A DNA stretch of 64,000 bases from Pseudomonadota bacterium (GTDB taxonomy: Bacteria; Myxococcota_A; UBA796; JAFGLY01): positions 8,773 to 72,772 of the forward strand of contig JBDRKM010000267.1 of the NCBI GenBank assembly GCA_043814015.1. The letters run 5' to 3'. Below, in pieces: positions 18,999 to 27,968 of the stretch (position 1 is its first letter; each line of letters opens with the position of its first letter). Both the position numbers and the translations under genes were made by a program. Below the pieces are notes generated by a model that saw nothing but the letters and a program-made list of their open reading frames with translations, was not told where the DNA came from and did not search any database.

Positions 18999-20309
18999 TC
19001 ACGCCTCCAGCATCAACTCCCGCCACCACGCATCCTCCGCCCCCCGTCGCGCCAGCGCATCCGCCAACCGCCCGGTGAGGTACAGCTCCACCCCCCCGCG
19101 GTCCGGCGGCGCGGGCCACAGCAGGATGGGATCGGGCAGATCGTGGGGGATGGCCCGCAGCGGGCGAACCGGGGCCTCCGGGGTGCCGAAGTCCACGTCG
19201 TAGACGGGCATCTTCACGAAGCTGTTGACGTAGAACACCGTGGGCCGCGCGGTGTGCATGGCGCCGAGATCGAAGGGCGCGGTGAGCACGCCCCGGGCGG
19301 CCCCAGCGCGCGCGAGGCGCACATGGTGCTCCAGGGTTGCCGAGGGTCGTGCCAGCCACGGGGAGAGCGCCGTGTGGGTGCGGGCGACGACCTCCGGGAG
19401 CGGGTCGTCCGCCGCGAAGGTAGCGCCCGATGCGCCCATGGCGGCGTTGCCCGCGAAAGCCTCGGGCACGCCTGCCAGCCGACCGCGGCCGTCCAGCACC
19501 ACGGCCTGCCGACACACCACGCTCGGGGCCTGCTCCACCAGCCGCGCGCAGGCCCGGGAGAGGTGGGCGGTCAACCTGTCGTTCAGCCCATGCTCGCCCG
19601 GGCCGGCGGCGGCGCGCAGCCGGTCGAGGAAGGCCGTGTCCAGGTGGATGGGCGCGCTGCGGCGGGTGAGCCCACCGAGCAGCAGCCGCACGACCACCGG
19701 GAGCCCGCGCAGCAGATCGGGCGCGACCCAGCCGGCCTCCCGCGCGGCCGCCCGCACCTCCGCTTTGCCGCCCTCCAGCGGCGGGGGCACGAGGGCCTGA
19801 TCGAGCACCGGCGCCTGCACCGGCTCGCCCCGGCAACAACGGCCCCAGTCGCGCACGAAGCCGTAGAAGGTGCGGCCGTCGCCGCAGGCGTGGGTGGCCG
19901 TGACGCTCAGGGCCTGACCGTCGGGCAGCTCGGTGAGCCGGGCCGCCAGGGGGGCGTCCAGCCCGCGCTTGACCCGCCCCTGGCGCCAGCGGGGATGCAA
20001 ACGGCGAGCCAGGGCGTGATCGGCGGAGATGGCGGCCACGGAGAGATCGGTGCGGGCCTCGTGGGTGAGGGGCACGCCGCAATCGTCCAGCAGCACCCGC
20101 CGCCCTTCACGCATCCGCCCGGCGTACTGCGGATAGTGGCCCAGCAGCGTCCGCAGGCCCGCCTCCAGCCGCACCGCGTCGAGGCCCCCGGCGAAGAGCC
20201 AGGTGCCGCGCAGCACCAGGAAGTGGTTGGCGCGATCCAGCTCGGTCAGCTCCCAGACGGAGCCGGACGCAGGGGCGACGGCCGCTCTGACCAGCTGCGG
20301 GATGGTCAT
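18999..20309 (-). CDS. BAHD-like HxxxD acyltransferase (transferase/condensation-fold)
   Basis: 436 aa. HACGDG is the HxxxD(G) motif. LLGHYPQYAGRM resembles the BAHD 'yPplAGRl' block. YDVDFGTPEAP resembles the C-terminal DFGWG block. Confidence 0.65.
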   Translation of the reverse strand: MTIPQLVRAAVAPASGSVWELTELDRANHFLVLRGTWLFAGGLDAVRLEAGLRTLLGHYPQYAGRMREGRRVLLDDCGVPLTHEARTDLSVAAISADHALARRLHPRWRQGRVKRGLDAPLAARLTELPDGQALSVTATHACGDGRTFYGFVRDWGRCCRGEPVQAPVLDQALVPPPLEGGKAEVRAAAREAGWVAPDLLRGLPVVVRLLLGGLTRRSAPIHLDTAFLDRLRAAAGPGEHGLNDRLTAHLSRACARLVEQAPSVVCRQAVVLDGRGRLAGVPEAFAGNAAMGASGATFAADDPLPEVVARTHTALSPWLARPSATLEHHVRLARAGAARGVLTAPFDLGAMHTARPTVFYVNSFVKMPVYDVDFGTPEAPVRPLRAIPHDLPDPILLWPAPPDRGGVELYLTGRLADALARRGAEDAWWRELMLEA

Positions 20310-20413
20310 GAAGGGCTCCCGGACAGAGACCTGGGAGCCCTACCCCGCCCGCCCACGGCGAGCCCGGAGGTACCGTTTCTTGATACAGCCTCCGACCTTG
20401 CTCGGAGGTATCC

Positions 20414-21142
20414 ATGGAGCTCGCTGGCTTGAACGCCATCGTCACCGGGGCCGGACGCGGCATCGGGCGCGCCATCGCGCTCGAACTGGGCCGCGCGGGG
20501 GCGCGGGTGCTGGTCAACTACCACCGCAGCGCCGAGGGCGCGGAGGAGGTGGCCCAGCAGATCCCGGGGGCCCGCGCGCTGCAGGCCGACGTGGCCACCA
20601 CCGAGGGCTGCCAGCGCCTGGTGGACACCGCGCTGGAGTGGGGCCGGCTCGACATCGTGGTCAACAACGCCGGCATCACCGCCGACGGCCTGTGCATGAC
20701 CATGACGGACGAGGAGTTCGACCGCGTGCTGAACGTCAACGCCGGGGGCACCTTCCGCATGTGCCGCGCGGCGCTGCACCCCATGGCCCGCCAGCGCTCC
20801 GGCGCCATCGTGAACCTCACCTCCATCTCCGGCTTCCGCGGGAACAGCGGGCAGACGAACTACTCTGCGTCCAAGGCCGCCATCCTCGGCATGACCCGCA
20901 CCCTTGCCAAGGAGATGGGGCGCCGGAAGATCCGCGTCAACGCGGTCGCGCCGGGCTTCATCGAGACGGACATGACCGCCGTGCTGCCCACCGAGGCCCT
21001 GGCCCAGGTCAAGCAGACCATCCCCCTGCGCCGCTTCGGCACCGTGGAGGATGTCGCACCCCTGGTGCGCTTCCTCGTGGGACCAGGCGCCAGCTACATC
21101 ACGGGGCAGCTCTTCGTGGTGGACGGCGGCCTCTCCACCTGA
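20414..21142 (+). CDS. fabG: 3-oxoacyl-ACP reductase (SDR)
   Basis: [13 protein letters not shown] (TGxxxGxG), NNAGI, and the YSASKAA catalytic Y-x3-K. 242 aa. GGAGGT lies upstream of the ATG. Confidence 0.9.
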   Translation: MELAGLNAIVTGAGRGIGRAIALELGRAGARVLVNYHRSAEGAEEVAQQIPGARALQADVATTEGCQRLVDTALEWGRLDIVVNNAGITADGLCMTMTDEEFDRVLNVNAGGTFRMCRAALHPMARQRSGAIVNLTSISGFRGNSGQTNYSASKAAILGMTRTLAKEMGRRKIRVNAVAPGFIETDMTAVLPTEALAQVKQTIPLRRFGTVEDVAPLVRFLVGPGASYITGQLFVVDGGLST

Positions 21143-21257
21143 TCCGGCGCTCGTGAGGCGCGGTACTGCCGGGGGACACTCGCTTGCCTCCCCAGACGGA
21201 GCCGAATAGACGCGGGGACCCAAGCCGCGACCGTCCCGCGCACCTGGAGCAGCCGCG

Positions 21258-21545
21258 ATGACCCCCGACACCATCATCGAGAAGATCGACGCCATCCTGG
21301 TCGAGGAGTTCGAGCTCGAACCCGAAGCGGTGGTCCCCGACGCCCGCCTGCGCGAAGATCTGGATCTGGACAGCCTCGACGGCGTAGACTTGGTGGTCGC
21401 GCTGGAGAAGGCCTTCGACTTCCGTATCGACGGCAAGGTGGTGGCGGAGATGAAGACCGTGGGCGACATCCACGCCTACGTGCGCGATCACTTCGGCAAC
21501 GCCGAGCAGATCGACGCCGCGCGCGCCGCCGCCACCGTCGCCTGA
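21258..21545 (+). CDS. Acyl carrier protein (cluster-associated)
   Basis: 95 aa. LREDLDLDSLDGVDLVVALEKAF contains the DSL phosphopantetheine-attachment motif. Confidence 0.85.
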   Translation: MTPDTIIEKIDAILVEEFELEPEAVVPDARLREDLDLDSLDGVDLVVALEKAFDFRIDGKVVAEMKTVGDIHAYVRDHFGNAEQIDAARAAATVA

Positions 21546-21673
21546 GGCGCCAGGGGCCGCGGAAGGCGCATCCCGCGGGAAGACGGGGGAAGAAGGGGTC
21601 AAGCCGGGGCCAGATGGGCCGATAGGTTCACCGTACCCCTGCCGCTGCGCCCTGGGCGTGGGGGCGGAGAACC

Positions 21674-23068
21674 ATGGACGCTCTTCGACCCGAGACCCTC
21701 GTCGCGCGTGATGCATGCGTCTTCAAGGCGGGCCTGCTGGGCCGGCGCGGGCAGCTCGCGCTCTACGGCGACGCGGTGGTCTTCGCGACGGCGTCCGGCT
21801 CGCTGACCTGGAGGCTGTCCGTCGAGGCGGTCGATCACCTGCGTCTGCTCGGCCGCCGCCAGCGCCTCCTCGCCATCGGCAGCGAGAGTGGCGAGGCCAT
21901 CTTCAAGCTTGACCAGGCCAACGCCCGCTTCGGCGATCTCTGCGCCCTCCTGGTCCAGCTCCACCCGCCCCTGCCCTGGCTCGACGCCCGCTTCGGCACA
22001 GTGGACCAGGCCGCCGCGGCGGCCATGATCGCGCCCCATGGGCTGGCGCTGGAAGACGACGAACGCCTGGAGTTGTGCGAGTGGTCCCTGTCCTGGGAGG
22101 GAGAGGAGCTGGTCCGCTGCGGCTGGCTGCTCCTGACCAACCGGCGGGTCCTGTTCCTGCATGCCGGCGAGGGGGCCGGGCGGCCGGCTCCCATCGCGCT
22201 GCGCCACGACCAACTGCGGCGCTGCGAGCCACGGCGTGACGGCGAGAGCCACCTCGTGCTGGCGGTGGAGGAGGCGCGCCTGCGCTTCGCTCCCCACGGC
22301 GGCAGCGAGTTCATCCGCGCATTCTGGGACCGCTGTCGCCGCGCCATCCAGCCCATGGATCGCGACGCCGTGCGCCGAGGGCAAGCCCTGACGCAGCTCA
22401 CTGGCCCCGCCCGGATCTCCCGGCTCCAACTCCAGGGCGGCCCCCAGCTCAGCCTCCGCGATCTCGCCTGGATGGCGGAAGGCCAGCGGCTGCGCGCGAG
22501 CGCTCGCTTCCGGGAGGTCGAACACCTCCAGGCCGGCGCCCCCTGCGCCGTGGAGCTGATCATGCGCGGAGGTCTCTTCGTGTTCGAGGGGCGCATCGAG
22601 GCCGTCACGCCGGAAGACGACGGTCCGTTCAAACCCTCGCAGGCCTGGCTGGCCCTCACCCCGACCTCCGACATCCAGTTCGTGAACCGCCGGCGCGCCT
22701 TCCGCGTGGAGATCAACCGCCCCCTGCACGTCCACGTGGCGCGGCGCGATCCCGAGGGTGGCTGGGAGGAGCCCATCTCGACCGTGTTCCGCCTGGCGGA
22801 CCTCTCGAGCATTGGCTGCGCACTCGTGGGCCCCACCGCGATCCCGCTGGACGCCCGCTTCGCCTTCGACCTGCCGCTGGGGCCCGAGGAGCGCAGGCTG
22901 CGCCTCGTGGGCGAGTGCGTCCACGCCCGCCCGATTCCGGGCCCGCCCGGACGGCGCATCTACGGCCTGCAGCTACAGGGCCTCAGCGAGCACGACCAGG
23001 ACGCCCTCCAGCGGGAGGTGGTCTGCCAGGAGCGCATGCAGCTCCAGCGACGGGCGTTGGTTCGATAG
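21674..23068 (+). CDS. PilZ-domain (c-di-GMP receptor-type) protein with N-terminal PH/GRAM-like modules
   Basis: The C-terminal NRRRAFRVE (RxxxR) and DLSSIGCAL (D/NxSxxG) are the two PilZ signature motifs. The N-terminal part has two 'GxLxLxxxxxxF' PH/GRAM-like segments. Confidence 0.75.
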   Translation: MDALRPETLVARDACVFKAGLLGRRGQLALYGDAVVFATASGSLTWRLSVEAVDHLRLLGRRQRLLAIGSESGEAIFKLDQANARFGDLCALLVQLHPPLPWLDARFGTVDQAAAAAMIAPHGLALEDDERLELCEWSLSWEGEELVRCGWLLLTNRRVLFLHAGEGAGRPAPIALRHDQLRRCEPRRDGESHLVLAVEEARLRFAPHGGSEFIRAFWDRCRRAIQPMDRDAVRRGQALTQLTGPARISRLQLQGGPQLSLRDLAWMAEGQRLRASARFREVEHLQAGAPCAVELIMRGGLFVFEGRIEAVTPEDDGPFKPSQAWLALTPTSDIQFVNRRRAFRVEINRPLHVHVARRDPEGGWEEPISTVFRLADLSSIGCALVGPTAIPLDARFAFDLPLGPEERRLRLVGECVHARPIPGPPGRRIYGLQLQGLSEHDQDALQREVVCQERMQLQRRALVR

Positions 23069-23215
23069 TCGGGAGTCCACCCCCGGCCAGCCCATGCCCG
23101 CTGTGCAAACCCCACGAAAATCGGCGTCGCTCGGCAGGCCGCCCATCGGCTCCACGCCAGGGTGGACACCCGCATTCCCCAGTGTCTGACACCCGAGTCC
23201 CCGAGTCTGGGCGCC

Positions 23216-25303
23216 CTACAGCGGCTTGACCCGCCTCCGCCGCGGCAGCCCGATGAAGATGAACACCGCGGCCGCAGCCACGCTGGCGGGCACGGCCACC
23301 AGCACGGCGAAGGCCGCCGCGAGGAAGCCGATCACCTTCTCCACCATGTCCCAGGTGATGGGGAAGGTGCTCTCCCCGCGCAGCACGTGGACTCCCCGCA
23401 GCTCTTCCACCTCCTGCACCGCGGCGCGGTAGGCGGGCACATCGTCGGGGGCGACCTGGGCCCTGGTGACCTGCAGGCGGTAGTTCACATCGAGCCGCCC
23501 CTCCTCCTCGACGCCCTCGGCGCTGAAGTGGAACCAGGGGCAGTCGATCACATCCTCGGCGGCGGCGATCTCCCACCCGGGATCGGCCAGGACCGAGATC
23601 TGCTCGCGCTCGTCGAGGCCCATGGGCAGGGCCAGGGGCTGCTGGCGTGCGCCGACGGGCAGGGGCAGCCAGTCGAAGATGACGGCGTCCGGGATCAGCA
23701 GCCGCTCGCGGCCGTCTCCCATGGGCTGCCAGGCCGCCAGCCAGCGGTAGCGCTCGGCGATGTCCACCACGTTGCCCGCACGGTCATCGCGGATCGCCAT
23801 GGCGGCGATGGGGCTGACGCTGAGACCAAGCTGGGCGTACTGGTCCACGTAGCCGGCCTGCAGGTGCTGCAGGCTGGTGTCCGCCAGCATGGCCCGCACA
23901 TCCTCGGCTCGGTGCGCCCGGTAGACCGTCTCCACCGTGATCCGGGAGCGCTCGGGATCATCGCGCAGGTCGTAGCTCACCCGCAGGGTGGCCTGGCCCT
24001 GGGGCAGGGCCGGCGCGGGCACATCCACCAGGGCGCCCATCCCGGGCGACAGCACCAGGGCCTTGCCGAAGGCGGGGAGCCAGGCCTGATCCAGCGCGCC
24101 GCCCTGATCGCTCTCGGTCGGATCCACCCAGCGCTCCACGCCGCCCACGCGCGCGACGGTGACCACGTGATCGAAGATGGCTGGGGAAGGGAGCATCTCG
24201 GCGATGCCAGCCCCGCGCTCGCGGGAGACCAGCGCGGGCCAGGCCTCCAACCCGCGGGCCCTCAGGAGCGCCACCAGCAGCAGGGTCTTGTCCTTGCAGT
24301 CGCCGTAGCGCCGCTCCAGCACCACGAGCGGCGGCGATGGCACGTGGGAGCCGTCACCCAGCTCGATGCCGAAGTAGCGCACCTCGTCCTGCACCCAGCG
24401 CAGGCTGGCGAGGGCGAAATCCTCGGCGTTGGGGTGCTGCGCCCAGAGCTGGTCTGCGAGGGCCTGGATCCGCGCCGGGGCGGGCTCCTGGACGGCGTAG
24501 ACCTGCTGGGCCCAGGTGGCCACCTCGGCCCAGGATGTGAAGTCGCTCACCTGCACCCAGGGAAAGGGATCGTAGCCTTCGGGTTGGGAGTCCTCCTCGT
24601 CCACCGCGAGCCGGTGCCTCAGATCCCAGCGCGCCTCACGCCAGTCGACGCCCACCTCGCGCACCGTCGGCACGGGCACGCCGTGGCAGGCGATGGACAG
24701 GGGCCGCGCGGGCTGCCACAACAACCGCAGCTGCCGGCGCTCGGCAGCGACACCCCAGGCCATGGCCCAGCCCTCGCCGTAGTGACCGTCGAACACCGGG
24801 TTCATGCCATCCACCGACCAGGCCACGTCCACCACGTCGCCCACGCGGACGTCGGGCGGCACCACCACCAGGGTGCGCGTGCCGTCGAAGATGTGCTGCC
24901 AGAGGGAGGCCTCCTCGCGGATCACCGTGGCGTGGGCGCCCTCGAGGCGGTCCTGCCAGGCCCCGTCGCGCCAGACGCGCAGGTGGTGCACCTTCACCCG
25001 CTCCCAGGAGGGGTCGAAGGCGATCTCCACCCGGGAGAGGCCGTCCAGCCCCGCGCGGGTGACGATGCGGTAGGTGGTGTGGGCGTAGCGCTGTACGTCG
25101 TGCGCCCCGATCCGCACCTCGTCGTCCACCAACAGGTACTGGGCGGACTCCACCGCCGCCCCCGCGGGCGCGGGTGTGCCCACAGGTGGCTCGATGGGCT
25201 CGACCCACGCAGGCGCCGGGCCGACGGACACGTTCGGATCGTCGAGGTCCCAGGCGAGGACCGGCGGGCAAAGCAGCAGGGGGAGGGCCGCGAAGAGGAG
25301 CAT
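23216..25303 (-). CDS. DUF3857-like plus transglutaminase-like cysteine-protease-fold protein, signal peptide and C-terminal TM anchor
   Basis: I prefer the start at the internal Met (cat at 25301-25303), which gives MLLFAALPLLLCPPVLAWD. ERRYGDCKDKTLLLVALLRARG is the transglutaminase-core Cys motif. The C-terminal helix is VIGFLAAAFAVLVAVPASVAAAAVFIFIGL, followed by RRRR. Confidence 0.7.
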   Translation of the reverse strand: MLLFAALPLLLCPPVLAWDLDDPNVSVGPAPAWVEPIEPPVGTPAPAGAAVESAQYLLVDDEVRIGAHDVQRYAHTTYRIVTRAGLDGLSRVEIAFDPSWERVKVHHLRVWRDGAWQDRLEGAHATVIREEASLWQHIFDGTRTLVVVPPDVRVGDVVDVAWSVDGMNPVFDGHYGEGWAMAWGVAAERRQLRLLWQPARPLSIACHGVPVPTVREVGVDWREARWDLRHRLAVDEEDSQPEGYDPFPWVQVSDFTSWAEVATWAQQVYAVQEPAPARIQALADQLWAQHPNAEDFALASLRWVQDEVRYFGIELGDGSHVPSPPLVVLERRYGDCKDKTLLLVALLRARGLEAWPALVSRERGAGIAEMLPSPAIFDHVVTVARVGGVERWVDPTESDQGGALDQAWLPAFGKALVLSPGMGALVDVPAPALPQGQATLRVSYDLRDDPERSRITVETVYRAHRAEDVRAMLADTSLQHLQAGYVDQYAQLGLSVSPIAAMAIRDDRAGNVVDIAERYRWLAAWQPMGDGRERLLIPDAVIFDWLPLPVGARQQPLALPMGLDEREQISVLADPGWEIAAAEDVIDCPWFHFSAEGVEEEGRLDVNYRLQVTRAQVAPDDVPAYRAAVQEVEELRGVHVLRGESTFPITWDMVEKVIGFLAAAFAVLVAVPASVAAAAVFIFIGLPRRRRVKPL

Positions 25304-25488
25304 CGCGGTCCAGTAACCGGAAACAACCGCCGGCTCCCCTGCCCAGGCGCCAGGGTGACCGCGGTCGCCTCGGGCACCTGCGGGGCGAGTGGGATATCGG
25401 TGCTTTCCACCACTGGCACTCAGCAACAGGGTGACCCACACCACGGCGCCGACCGAATCAGCCGACAGTCCAGGGCCGTCGGAGAGCT

Positions 25489-25650
25489 GTCAGCCATCAG
25501 CATTCAGCCGTCAGCATGTTGGTTTTCGCTGGCCACTCCGAAAGCAGTCGGCACCCAGACCGTGTCTCGGCAGCTTCGGCCGTAGCCTTCTCGGTATCGA
25601 ATTTCGTACCTCGTTCGTAGCTGATTGCTGACCGCTGACCGCTGACCGCT
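25489..25650. repeat. Inverted arrays of TCAGC heptads (4 copies on each arm) flanking a roughly 100-bp AT-richer core
   Basis: Left arm, 25489-25516: gtcagcc atcagca ttcagcc gtcagca. Right arm, 25620-25650: gctgatt gctgacc gctgacc gctgacc gct, which is the reverse complement of the same nnTCAGC heptad. Confidence 0.8.
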
Positions 25651-25686
25651 CCCCACACCACCTCCACTCCCCCCGCGCGCACCCCC

Positions 25687-25833
25687 CGGGCCACACACCC
25701 GTGCGCCTGCGGCCTGGCCCTCACCCTCCTCGCGGGCTGCTCCGCGCCGCCGCCGCCGACGTACGACGGTCCTCCGAACTTCGTGATCGTGGTGATCGAC
25801 TCCATGCGGGCCGACCGGCTCGACCCCGAGGGG
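25687..25833 (+). pseudogene. Remnant of the 5' end of a sulfatase/AP-superfamily lipoprotein gene (no start codon, body missing)
   Basis: The frame containing 25783 reads ...RATHPCACGLALTLLAGCSAPPPPTYDGPPNFVIVVIDSMRADRLDPEG. This is a lipobox plus the canonical sulfatase N-terminal (V/I)xxD..RAD block. There is an in-frame stop at 25636 and no ATG or GTG before the signal peptide. The sequence loses family resemblance after about 25833. Confidence 0.4.
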
Positions 25834-25861
25834 GAGCACCCGTCGTCCACCAACCCCTGGG

Positions 25862-26033
25862 GCGCCCAGGGAACCCCAGAAGTTGCCAGAAGGCGCCCTG
25901 CATACCCCGGGAGTTTCCAGGCGCCGTGGAACAGGCCGGGCCGCCTCACGAAAACGCACATTCTATCGTCGAGAATACCCCCAGAGCCGGCGGTGGACGT
26001 GGTCCCTGGCAACTTCTCTGTGACCCTGGGCGC
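25862..26033. repeat. Large imperfect inverted repeat (28-nt arms, 116-nt spacer) just upstream of xseA
   Basis: Left arm, 25862-25889: gcgcccaggg-aacccc-agaagttgccag. Right arm, 26006-26033: ctggcaacttct-ctgtga-ccctgggcgc. Of the 28 positions, 10+12 nt are perfectly complementary, with a 6-nt central mismatch. Confidence 0.85.
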
Positions 26034-26102
26034 AACGTGGCAACCTTGGCGACGCCCTGGGCGCTTCGTCCCCCCACCCCAGCCGGTTACCAGGGTCCCA
26101 CC

Positions 26103-27284
26103 ATGGAACCCCGCGCCCTCACCGTCTCCCAGCTCACCCGCGCCCTCGCCGACCTCGTGGAGGACAGCTTCGGCTATGTCCGCGTCGAGGGCGAGATCGG
26201 GCGCTTCACCCGCGCCGCCTCGGGCCACTGGTACCTCAGCCTCAAGGACGAAGGCGCCGTGTTGTCGGTCAACGTGTTCCGCGGCGTCAACGCGCGCCTC
26301 GGCTGGGTGCCCCGGGAGGGCGAGCGGGTGGTGGTCACGGGCGAGCTCTCCATCTACCCGCCGCGGGGCACCTACAGCCTCAACGCCCGCAACCTCGAAC
26401 GCGCCGGCGCCGGCGACCTCGCCGCGCGCCTGGAGGCGCTCAAGCGCAAGCTCGCCGCCGAGGGCCTCTTCGCCCAGGAGCGCAAGCGCCCCCTGCCGCC
26501 GCTGCCCCGCGCCGTGGGCGTGGCCACTTCGGGCACCGGCGCCGCCGTGCAGGACATCCTGCGGGTGATCGAGGAGCGCTGGCCCGGCATGACGGTCTAC
26601 GTGGCGCCCTGCAAGGTCCAGGGCGAGGGCGCGGCGGAGGACATCGCCCGCGCCCTGCGCCTGTTGCAGGCCCACGGCGAGGCCGAGGTGATCATCGTGG
26701 GCCGTGGTGGCGGCTCCGCCGAAGACCTGTGGGCCTTCAACGAGGAGGTCCTGGTGCGGGCCGTGGCCGGCTGTGCCGTCCCGGTGATCTCCGCCGTGGG
26801 CCACGAGACCGACGTCTGCCTGTCGGACCTCGCGGCCGATGTGCGCGCCGCCACCCCCACCCACGGCGCTGAGCTGGCGGTGCCCGAGCGCGCCGTGCTG
26901 GAGGAGATCGTCGCGGGCCTCCAGGCTCTGCTGGTGGCCGCGGCCGGGCGCCAGGTCCGTGCCCGCCGCGAGCGCCTCCGGGCCCTGCGCCTGCGCGATC
27001 CCCGCCGCCGCGTCACCGAGGGCCGCCTGCGCTGCGACGAGCTCGACCGCCGCCTGCACCTCGCGGTGCACCGCCGCCTCGAGCGCCATCGCGCCCGCCT
27101 GGCGCTGCAAGCAGGCCGACTCCAGGCCCTCTCGCCCGTCGCCGTGCTCGAGCGCGGCTACGCCATCGCCCTGAAGGGGGGGCGCGCCGTGCGCAGGGCC
27201 ACCGAACTGAACCCGGGCGACCGGATCGAGCTGCGTCTCGGCCTGGGCCGCGCCGGCGCGCGGGTCGAGGACGTGGAGGGGTGA
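26103..27284 (+). CDS. xseA: Exodeoxyribonuclease VII large subunit
   Basis: MEPRALTVSQLTRALADLVEDSFGYVRVEGEIGRFTRAASGHWYLSLKD is the OB-fold N-terminus. VGVATSGTGAAVQDIL, IIVGRGGGSAEDLWAFN and VISAVGHETD are typical XseA blocks. Confidence 0.9.
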   Translation: MEPRALTVSQLTRALADLVEDSFGYVRVEGEIGRFTRAASGHWYLSLKDEGAVLSVNVFRGVNARLGWVPREGERVVVTGELSIYPPRGTYSLNARNLERAGAGDLAARLEALKRKLAAEGLFAQERKRPLPPLPRAVGVATSGTGAAVQDILRVIEERWPGMTVYVAPCKVQGEGAAEDIARALRLLQAHGEAEVIIVGRGGGSAEDLWAFNEEVLVRAVAGCAVPVISAVGHETDVCLSDLAADVRAATPTHGAELAVPERAVLEEIVAGLQALLVAAAGRQVRARRERLRALRLRDPRRRVTEGRLRCDELDRRLHLAVHRRLERHRARLALQAGRLQALSPVAVLERGYAIALKGGRAVRRATELNPGDRIELRLGLGRAGARVEDVEG

Positions 27285-27895
27285 GTTTTCCCTTCGACGC
27301 GGTCCTGATCCTGGGAAAAGCCCTGCGCCGCGATCCGGAGCGCGCGCGCCGGGAGCTGGCCGCTCGCGCCGCCGCGTCCTCCGCCGCCCTGCGGGCCGGC
27401 GCCCGCCGCGTCCTCTCCCTCGAGGCCCTCATGCGCGGCCAGGATGAGCCTGGCAGCGCGATCGTGGCCGCCCTGCTGGCGGGCCTCGGCGTCCCGGCTG
27501 GGCGCCTGATCGCCGCGGCGCGCTCGCGCTCTACCCGCGAAGAGGCCCTGGTGGCCCTGGACCTGGCCGACGCCCACGGCCTGCGCCACCTCGTGGCCGT
27601 CACCACGGGCTACCATGTCCCCCGTGCGCGCCGCGTGCTGGAGGAGGTGCTGGGCCCGGAGCGCGTCTCGGTCCACGCCACCACCGCCTTCCTGGCCCTG
27701 GCGAGCCCCCGCGAGCGCGCCATGATCCTGGCGGGTGAGCCCGGGCCCGGGGCGCTACACCGCGAAGCCCGGACAGAGCGCCTGCTCTCGGCGGCCGAGG
27801 CCCTCGTCTCTCCCCTCCCCCACGCCCTGCGCTGGCGCCTCGAGACCGCCACCGCCACCGGGTGGCGCCACGCCCCTGGAGCGCCCCGCGCCTGA
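27281..27895 (+). CDS. YdcF/DUF218 (ElyC/SanA-like) family protein
   Basis: GTG start in a GTGA overlap with the xseA stop. DAVLILGKAL... and LVAVTTGYHVPRARRVLE resemble the DUF218 core. Confidence 0.6.
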   Translation: MSFPFDAVLILGKALRRDPERARRELAARAAASSAALRAGARRVLSLEALMRGQDEPGSAIVAALLAGLGVPAGRLIAAARSRSTREEALVALDLADAHGLRHLVAVTTGYHVPRARRVLEEVLGPERVSVHATTAFLALASPRERAMILAGEPGPGALHREARTERLLSAAEALVSPLPHALRWRLETATATGWRHAPGAPRA

Positions 27896-27968
27896 TCAAA
27901 ACGATGACGGGCGACGTCTGCGATCCCGGTCACAGGCAACCCGGTCCCCGGCGGGCTAGGCTCGCGCT

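Noticed and set aside
23162-25585. 807-aa plus-strand ORF
   Set aside because: It is antisense to the DUF3857/transglutaminase-like gene, which has a signal peptide, the GDCKDK core and a C-terminal anchor.
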